DNA of 63,278 nt, filler included, from Lenisia limosa (Eukaryota; Protista; Breviatea), in the NCBI GenBank assembly GCA_001655205.1. It is 9 parts of 9 records of this genome, joined end to end, with 100 filler letters (N's around TTAATTAATTAA, not from the genome) between each part and the next. Parts side by side here need not be neighbours in the genome. Positions count along the whole stretch, not along the records: positions 50,248 to 57,843 come from LPNZ01006487.1; positions 57,944 to 63,278 come from LPNZ01003443.1; 7 more parts are not named here. One strand, given 5' to 3'. Below the pieces are notes generated by a model. The model ran no database searches. It was not told the origin of the DNA and saw only the letters and a program-made list of their open reading frames with translations. Positions 50,680 to 63,278 of this stretch are shown here, one piece after another (positions within the stretch are counted from its first letter, which is position 1; every line of letters starts with the position of its first letter). Position numbers and translations under genes: made by a program.

Positions 50680-53600
50680 GGAAGCAGTAGGTCCCGAAAC
50701 ATGCACTGTGCTGCCAGCCCTCCCAACTCTCTCCATCCCCGCTATCGGTTTGCTGGATCGCTAAAAATTTACATAGGGCTTCATTTCGATTCGAAAAAAA
50801 ACTGAATTCTCGATAATATTTTCACGGTCTTTTTCGAACCGAAGTGAAGCGCTAGTATCGCTAATTTGCCAAACACACCATTTTACTTTTACATCTCTTT
50901 CTGGCCTCAACTCCCCTTCAATACCTCTGCTTCCAAACGGAGATATTCACCATTTTGCACAAATTTGACAATACAACATTAAATAATAGGCCATCCTAAA
51001 TTCAGCTTATTCACGAACCTATGTTGCTTACCTATTCAAATTCAGCAAGCTTCAACTGTGTTGCTAACCTTAATTCAGCTTTTTAACCCAAATTTAGCTT
51101 TTTAACTCAAATCCAGCAAGCCTCAATTCTACGCTCACTTTTACGCCTTCGGTGGCACTAGACCCATTAATCACCAGTTTGACGATGATGATTATCAAGG
51201 AGGTATGCTACCTCTCTATGACAACACCTTGTAAAAATCTAAATTAGGGATACTTGTGAAATACAAACTATGTTTATATTTCCAATGTATCTCCAACACA
51301 AATATAGCTACTGTCTGAAAAAGACCAGTAAAATATCGATATTTATCAAGGATTCATCGATAAAAACAGTGTTTTTTGGAACCTGACGGAGGCCAAATAC
51401 TGACGATGTAGACCCCCGGTCAGCCCCTGGAGTACCAGTCTAAAACCAGCCTTGTCGGCCAGCCCTTGTCGTTTGACTTCACTTTAGAGTAAGCCTTAAA
51501 TTGAAACATCTCATATTAGCATGATGGCATGTTCCTACGTATTCCCTCAAATTTGTAACTTTACTTCTGTTTTTTGAGTAAATTTCACCAGTATCTTATA
51601 TGCGTGATTGTGTTGATGGCTTCGGACAAGATACTACCTTTTGGATTTATCATTTCAGCCTAATTNNNNNNNNNNNNNNNNNNNNNNNNNNNNNNNNNNN
51701 NNNNNNNNNNNNNNNNNNNNNNNNNNNNNNNNNNNAACTCTTAAAAAAACTTAAAATACTCTAATATCCAACCAGTATTCTTCGCAAAAATATATTCTCC
51801 CAAGATATAATATCAAAATTTCCAAAATTCACCAATCTAGTAATGTGGAACATGGAGATGAGCTGGTTTTGCGGGTGTCAGCTTTACCCTATATCCACAC
51901 CCAATTCCAGGAAATGAATGTGACTGTTGGCGGGCGGGCTTGATTTATCGACATATGTTCACCACCAAACAGCANNNNNNNNNNTTCTTTTTGGTCTTGA
52001 ATATTTGTATATACTCCATCAAGGGCTTCACTTCGGTTCGAAAAAAACCGGGTAAAATATCGATAGTTTTCGAGAATTTCTCGAGATATTCATTCTTTTT
52101 TCGAACCAAAGTGAAGCCCTTTTTTCAAGTAGTACTCTTGTAATCAAGATTATGATGTTTACATTATACAGTAACCGCAATAAGTCCTGACACAGAGATT
52201 TATCAATCGTGTCAGGACTTATCATGGTCAGTCTATCTGCAGAACATTGACTACTATATGTGATTTTACCATTTTAGGCGTCATATCCCCCGGAGTTTTC
52301 AACTGTGATCCCAAGCTCCTTCTTTATCAAGGATAGGTATGAGAACATTTACTAAACTCCGGCGCATCGACTTGTGAAAAAGTTGGATTCTCATATTTTA
52401 CATGGTGTAATTTTATAGAAATTTAAAGAAATTTATGGGATTTCCAAATAATGCAAGGAATCCCAAGTCATTTTTATCGCATTCTTATAATATTATATTA
52501 TTTACCTCTGTTCCCTCTTTACGAATCAATCCTAATCCTAATCCTTGTATTATATACATGTGTATATGTATGTGTAGTCAAAGCTCTGGACATCATGTAG
52601 ACACATCAAAACTCCCCAACAGCTTGAGTTTTCCATATAATATCATCATAAACCCTATTTCCCTTTTGTTTTCGAAAGTAATTTCAATCTTCAATTCGAA
52701 TCTATCTTAATCCTCCTTATAGCATGGGGCCTTTCGCAGTCACCTTCACTGGTGAGTACTTCCCTGTTGGTGCCACCCCCTCTTGGAAGCTCAACGACAA
52801 CTCCACTGGTATACTGGCGGGAGGGGGGGCTATTGTGAATAAATGGTTGGGTGTATTAGTATTATAGAATAATCCAATCTCTCTTATAAGCGTGATACTG
52901 TGGATGGCCTCCACTGGATACAATCTTGTTTTATTTCTCATCACTAATATTTGTATTATTTTGTATTTTTATTTTTGTGGAGATATACTATAATGTATGA
53001 ACCAATATTGCTAATCTCTGACTGGAATTAAATGTTTGTTAAACACACACCTGCATTTAAGCTGTTTTTATTATCGTAGGACAATGTGGTACTGCAGCGG
53101 AGAACAAGGTCACGTGTGCATTTGTACCAACTGCCGAAGGCTCCTATTCCATCCAGGTATGGTTTGGTGTGGTTGGCTATGGTTGACTATGGTTGGGTAT
53201 ATTTGCCGATATAGTGAGACTTTTTACCGATAATTGTTCCGAAATTATTCTGATAAGATTAGTTGCCCTTTTTTGTTTAACCTTTTTTCAGATTACGTTT
53301 GATGATGCTACGTGGTCTCCGCTCCACTCGTTCATGATTTACTCGGCCAAAACTCTCACGGTTCGCACGGATTATACTTAGGTTTCAAATAAAAATTTTG
53401 ACTACAACTACAACATTAAGGCGTATCAACTTGGAATTTTTATGTAATCCTATAATTTTCTTCAGATTGACAATCTTTTTAGATCGGAAAGTTTCCCAGG
53501 GAATGAACGTAATATTATTTTTGATTTTCTTATCTCTACCCCAAGGTCATCCCGAGTGCAGCGGTCACAGAGTTTTCGAACGAACCACTCCCGAGTTTCA

Positions 53601-56600
53601 CTGCAGAAGTGCGGCTTCATTTCGACAGTTCTCTCGTGACGCTACCAATCTCCGTTTTTGCTATGATCAACCCTCCTACTGCCATTAGTAATACGGTCAA
53701 AGAGAGCACATCCGGCATTGTCACATTCGATGATTTGACTGTGCGGGGTGGGGGATAAAGGGTTACCAACTTATTTTTTGGGGTGTGGAAGCAATAACTG
53801 GGGAAGCGGTGCTGCAGATGTGACTGGACTGGGCTTTGTTTTGTATTTAATCCCTTTATTTTCCTCAATTGCTTACCAACAGCAGAGTCTATTCTGTCAT
53901 AAATGTTCAATCTTTACTCCTCCCCACTCTTGCCCCCAGGTCCAAGCAGAGCAGAATACCGCATATAACCTGTCCATCGTTTTCGAGGATATTGTAGTGC
54001 AGCAATGGGTTGGTTGGTTTTTCATCGGACATTTGTATATCATGCCTAGATTTTCTCACGAAATGAAACCGTACCGACCAAAATCGTGATTTTTGTTTAG
54101 CGACTGGCCTGGGCTCTGTTTATTTTGTTGTCATCAACCCTCGTGTTTTGTCAGCCAACAGAGTTGATTTGGGTTTTTTTGTTTCACAAATTATCCAATT
54201 ATGCTCTTCCCCCCAGACCAACGTCATTGCAGCGCCATGCCCAATCCTCAAGCCCAACAGTGAGGTTCTTGGTACCGTGTGTGTCTGCTCAGTTGGCTAT
54301 TTTGAAGACGGACAAGGCGACTGTGCACCCTGTCCGGAAGGTGGGGGTGATGATGATGATGACGATGATGATAATGGTGATGATTATGAAATAGATGATG
54401 ATTGTGCTGATTCTGGTAATAATGATGATGCTGATTAGGATGGGGGGGGGGGNNNNNNNNNNNNNNNNNNNNNNNNNNNNNNNNNNNNNNNNNNNNNNNN
54501 NNNNNNNNNNNNNNNNNNNNNNNNNNNNNNNNNNNNNNNNNNNNNNNNNNNNNNNNNNNNNNNNNNNNNNNNNNNNNNNNNNNNNNNTGAAATTTTCCAA
54601 CATTTCAAGCCCCCAGCCTTCCACTAACAATGGCAGGGACCTTCAGCAATGTCACAAATATGAACACCTGCTTCTCGTGCCCCGAACTCAAAACAACTTC
54701 TGCTAACGCCTCAACTTCTATTGGTGCCTGTCATTGCATTGAGACATACTCTCTTATGAGTGATGGTAAGCAGGAAGAAAGGCTTCTTTCAATACGATAA
54801 TATCCTCAAAAACTCCTCGTTAAATCATCGATATACATGTGTTTTCATATTTTAATTGTCTTTTTCTAAACATGGGAAAGCCTTTGGTATAAGGGTATGC
54901 ATATGATTGAGAGGGAGTTATGGACGATAAAATGATGGGAAGAGATGATAGTCGATGAGTAAGATTACTCTTCAGGGTGAGAGTAGACCACTCTATATTA
55001 GGCTACTCCCTACGAGTGAGGGTAGACTACTGTCTATGATTTTTTTGTCACTACTCTTTTTTCCTATAGTTCCTTCTTATTTCGCAGATACCTGTGGCTG
55101 TGCTGCCAATACTACCGAAATCAACGAAATCTGTGTCCCCTGCCCCCCTTATATGATGACGGTAGACTGAGAATTGTCGTTAGAGCTCATTTCTATTAAA
55201 TATTGTTTATTTCTATGTATTTCTCATGTTTTTAAAAAACTACTTCTTATCTATTATTAGAATTATTCCTATCTAATTAGTATAATATATATTTTTCTTT
55301 TCATTCTACATAAGATATTATTACTATTTCTCTTTTCTATATAGTTCGCATTTCTAAGCAATTCTCCCTTTCACTCCTCAGACTGATGCGTCGCCAGATT
55401 CATGTGTCTGCTTCCCTGGTATGTTTAATTCAACTGCTCATGATAGCTGGCTAACAGAAATACATTGTGTTTTCCTAATAATTACCTTTTCTGATGATGG
55501 GTTTTCCTAATGATGAGTTTTTCTATTGATGAGTTTTCACGCAGCATTGAAGAGTATAAAATACCCTTCCGGATGCATATTTTATTGGATTATCCAATCC
55601 TTCTGGAATATGAACAAAAAGAGTCTCCACTAATCCTCCACAGGGGCCGGCTTCCGCGCACATGATCAACACTGTCTGCCATGTGACACTAAGTCCTTTA
55701 ACGTCGGACATAACTTGCTCCAATGCTCGTCTTGCCCTCCAGATGCGGAAACTGCCACGGTGGGGTGGGTAGAACTGTTTTTTTTTTTGTTTTATGACAC
55801 CAATGAATTAGAAGTGTTTTTTATTACAATTTTATTAAGATAAATGTTTTTATTTTTTAAAAAAAAACAAGTGTGTGCATAGTAAATAATATGAGTGCGT
55901 GGTGTGTTTTGAGATTGGCTTCATTCCAACCGTTCTCAATTTCAATAGGAGGGCTCCCTTTCTATAAGCAACTGTCAGTGTCGTGACGGTTTCGAGCGAA
56001 CGGACTTGGGAGGAGGAGACTTCGAGTGTAACTGTCCGGACGGCGAGATCACTCTCACGTTTAATGGTGGGTCAAGGGCTTAGGAAGTTAGGATTGACCA
56101 AATAAAATGCTCAAAATATTACATAACAAATTCGTATTTTATACAAACTAACTATATTTCGTCTATTTACTATGCCTTCTCTTGTGATTTTGTTCCTACT
56201 ATGATCTGAGCTTCAATAGAGTCTTGACTGAAAAAAATTATACGCCAGGGGTGGACCGCTGTGGCCAATGCCCTTCAAACTCCTTCCAAAACGGAAACGC
56301 TACCGACTGCATCTGCGTGGCCGGCTACGAAAACCTTGCAGGAGAGTGTCTCAGCTGTTCAAAGGGCAGCATCAAACCGGACAACGGCAACCATGTGGGG
56401 GTTGTTTCGGCTTCCTTTTTGGGGTTCACTGTGATTATACCAAAACTTGATGGTTTTGTTTTATAAATTTCCAATTTCACTCCACCCACCCCAGGGATGT
56501 ACCCCGTGTGAAGGACTGTACAGTGAAAGCAACGCAAATCGTACTGAATGTGTCTGCCTAAATACGTTCGTTCATGTGAGAGAGTTTTCCCCATCATTGT

Positions 56601-57790
56601 TACAAGGGCTTCACTTCGGTTCGAAAATGAAAGGAAAATATTGGTAGTTTTCGAGGATTTCTTGAGAAATCCCGTCTTTTTTTGAACCGAAGTGAAGCCC
56701 TAGGCGTTTAATATATAATTGTGTGACCGGAGTGAAGCCCAGGTTACGAGTGTCTTCTTTTACCATTCAGAAGGCTGGCAGTATTGACTGTGAGTGTATT
56801 ACAGGTAAGATAGTTTCTCCTCCCCCCCCCCCCNNNNNNNNNNNNNNNNNNNNNNNNNNNNNNNNNNNNNNNNNNNNNNNNNNNNNNNNNNNNNNNNNNN
56901 NNNNNNNNNNNNNNNNNNNNNNNNNNNNNTTTTAGTTGCAAAATAGACATTTAATAAAATAACCTTGGTGTTTTTATTGAACTCTTCAGGCATGGAGGTA
57001 GAAGTGATCAGTCAATCCAGTGTCTGTGTATACTGCCCCATTGGTGAGAGGTAAAACCCTAATTAATCCAATAGCAATAGCAACTCTAACTCATCCCAGT
57101 CATCACTATCATCATCATTATCATCACCATCATCCCACACCATCCTAAAACCCCTTATTAGGACACTGTGCAAAGATATTAATTAACAAAATTTGAAATA
57201 AAAGTGTCTCAAATGGGGTTCCCATAACAATACTTCAAATTTTGGGGGGAAAAAAATTCAATTAATTGCACGGAGCCCTAATATTTCTTCACAAATCCTC
57301 ACGCGGAAGAAACATATACATGTATATTTCTTCATAACCCCTAACACTCAAGGAACATATCGCTCTGTTGCCGATTCGTCATGTCAGTCATGCCCGGATA
57401 CAAGAACAACAATTAGCCCTGGAGCTACGGACGTTACCGAGTGCGTTTGTGAACCCGGCTATTACCAGGTTTGTGGGTAACATAGATTATATATATATCG
57501 ATATTTTTGAGGATTTTTTTTTTGAACGAAGTGAAGCCCTACTCTGACAAAACTGATACTATCACCCAAACATGATACAAACTGCCACTCTCCCTCATCC
57601 AGTAAAAATTGCCACACAACATATCGCACTTCAAATTTTGCAATTGTTTTTCCACGGAGCCCTACTAATAATCAATTAGAACGAGGTCGACGCGGAGACG
57701 TGCCAAGATTGCCCTGTCGGCGCTATTTGCTCGGGTAGGGGAGGGGGTGTGAACAAACAATACAAAATAAAACATGGGGTAGGGAGGGAA
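50680..57790 (+). CDS. Large surface/secreted protein with Ig/filamin-like and Cys-rich (Ephrin_rec_like/GCC2_GCC3-type) repeats, partial
   Basis: Exons VTCAFVPTAEGSYSIQ, GIVTFDDLT|VQAEQNTAYNL, CVCSVGYFEDGQGDCAPCPEG, CGQCPSNSFQNGNATDCICVAGYENLAGECLSCSKGSIK and CQSCPDTRTTISPGATDVTECVCEPGYY. Confidence 0.7.
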
Positions 57791-57966
57791 CAAAAAATAC
57801 AAAGTAAAACATAGGGATATTTGCTCGGTACGGGTGGGGGTGGNNNNNNNNNNNNNNNNNNNNNNNNNNNNNNNNNNNNNNNNNNNNTTAATTAATTAAN
57901 NNNNNNNNNNNNNNNNNNNNNNNNNNNNNNNNNNNNNNNNNNNTATCAGTTTGTCCAGGGCTTTAA

Positions 57967-61496
<3,530 letters not shown>

Positions 61497-61689
61497 TTCT
61501 GGCAGTACCCCTTTCGTAATTGTTCGCATGTTTCCCCTTTCTTATTTATTATTCGGTTCAATGAGGGTTCTGGCCCATGTTCATAGCTGATACTTCAACG
61601 ATAGTACACACAAGCTTGAAATTGAACCAGAAAGCGATGAAAAGAAAAAGATATATGATATGATAATAGACCGAAAAAGGGGCGACAGT

Positions 61690-63278
61690 TTAGTCGAGTT
61701 TGACTGACCATTCCACGCCGTCGTCACCAACGAACTGCTCGCGACCGTACTGAAATGTTAATGTTGCGAGAGGCGGTCCATTATACGGGTGGAACATAGG
61801 CTAGACTAGCCCCCTCCCCCAGGCTTTAGATTTTGCTCAATCTACACCCCGGCAGCGTACCTGGACATCCTGAATGGCGTTAAGGAGGCGCTCGGTGAGC
61901 TCTCCGGCCTGGCTTTCGGGCTTCTTGGGGTTGAGGGGGACGGCGTAGTCGACACCTGTGGGGGTAAGAGGGAAGGGTGGCACAAAAGAAACTCATAAAT
62001 ACGGAATACCACAGATATCGAGACGTGTCAACATTATCAGCCAAATATGGACAAATCAAGGTGGACGCACCTTGGTAGTTGATGTTCTTGATGGGGGTGA
62101 CGATGCAGGCGGTTCCGCAGCCGAAAGCTTCAATGACACGACCCTCTTCAATGGCCTCGGCAAGGTCCTTCATGGTGAAGACCTTCTCGGTGACCTTGAA
62201 ATCGCCCCACTTGCGGGTCATCTGGAGCACAGACTGCAGCGTGAGAAGGGCTTCGAGACGACATTGCATCATTAGATGAAAGAGTGTAATATCATGAAGA
62301 TAAAGAAAAGAACAGAGTTGTAGTAAGTGCTGAAATCATGCAATTAGGCCTACGTCGCGGGTGACACCAGGGAGAATGATGCCGTCAAGAGGAGCAGTGA
62401 TGAGCTCCTTTTCGCCCTCCTTGTTGATCCAGTACACCATCATGTTCATAGTGCCGACCTCAGTTACGTTGTGTTCCTCACCTTGGAGCCAGAGAATCTG
62501 GATGGTCAGTTAAGTCTTGAAGTCTGGCGATTACAGAGCGTATGCGCAAGAAGGAGGCAAGATTGCCTTGATCAAACGATCGGCCCATTGCAAAGACAAC
62601 AATGAGGGTTTCGGCGACGTACCTGGGCGAATCCCTGCTGGTTGGCCTCAACCTGGGGCATGATGGTCATGGCGTAGTTGCCTAATGAGGTTATTAACTT
62701 CCAAAACAGGAAAGCAAAACAAGAGTAAGAAAAGAGCCTACCGCCGAGCTTATAGCAGCCGGTACCTCCGGGCCAGGCGCGAGCGTAGGTGGTGGAGGCA
62801 AGGAGTGACACGGCCTGGAATCGTGATTCAAAATGGGAGAAATATGTCGAACAGTGATAACAGGCCCATATCTGTCACGAAAAAACTGCGATATCAATTT
62901 CCCGTTCCAAAAAAGAAGGCAAGTCTCGATATTTCCACAGTATTCCGATATTTGGTCCGCTCTCATCAAGGAGATGACGTGGCCAACCTTGAAGCCGTCC
63001 TTGAAGTAGGGGCCGACGGGAGAGGTGATCACAAAGAGCTTCATGGCCTCGGAGCAGCCAACACCAAGGGTGGACTGTGGCGTGAGAATCAATCAGGCAA
63101 TCATTAACCTCAGTATGACTCTTTGACATGATAGTATTTGACATTTGAGTGACAGTGAGAGAACGGGACCCGGGGCTAACCTGGGTGCCAAGTCCGGTGG
63201 GGCGGAGGTAGAGGGAGTAGCCGTCCTTGTTGGGGATCCACTTCTTGTCGAGAACAACAAGGTCCTTCATGCACTTGA
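61690..63278 (-). CDS. BCAT: Branched-chain amino acid aminotransferase (class IV PLP), 5'-partial
   Basis: [40 protein letters not shown] and [15 protein letters not shown] introns: 63075-63180, 62815-62987, 62682-62741, 62498-62622, 62234-62353, 61956-62070, 61750-61860. TAA at 61690-61692. Confidence 0.95.

Noticed and set aside
54345-54438. Asp-rich ORF tail GGGDDDDDDDNGDDYEIDDD
   Set aside because: It follows a GT donor after CPEG and is a (GAT)n intronic microsatellite ending in a stop and a G-run.

Overview
Eukaryotic (protist-like) nuclear DNA in the standard genetic code; no rRNA, tRNA or CRISPR seen. The window is not contiguous. Eight artificial 100-bp spacers (N44-TTAATTAATTAA-N44) join nine scaffolds: 1-26832, 26933-29064, 29165-33962, 34063-37437, 37538-41118, 41219-47219, 47320-50147, 50248-57843, 57944-63278. 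Scaffolds 2-9 carry host-type genes with GC-richer exons and canonical GT-AG introns of about 31 to several hundred nt, filled with MITE-like and other short repeats. These genes include a BLTP3/UHRF1BP1-like protein, a TmcB-like membrane protein, a divergent dynein heavy chain-like protein, an Ig/Cys-rich surface protein, a BEACH-WD40 protein and a branched-chain aminotransferase. Scaffold 1 is a transposon/pseudogene graveyard (RecQ-like helicases, pogo-like DDE transposases, a USP protease, GTPase-like fragments). Embedded in it are three AT-richer genes with ultra-short 21-26 nt introns: a minimal DP-like factor, an intact succinyl-CoA ligase beta subunit and a Prp4 fragment. Several of those introns only give a sensible protein if they end in TG or GG instead of AG, which is the strongest lead. 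The second lead is a repeat family that sits, sense-oriented, at a nearly fixed distance from the 3' splice site of many host introns (Introner-like). All exon structures and homologies were inferred by eye from remembered family motifs. Coordinates of multi-exon and decayed genes are approximate.
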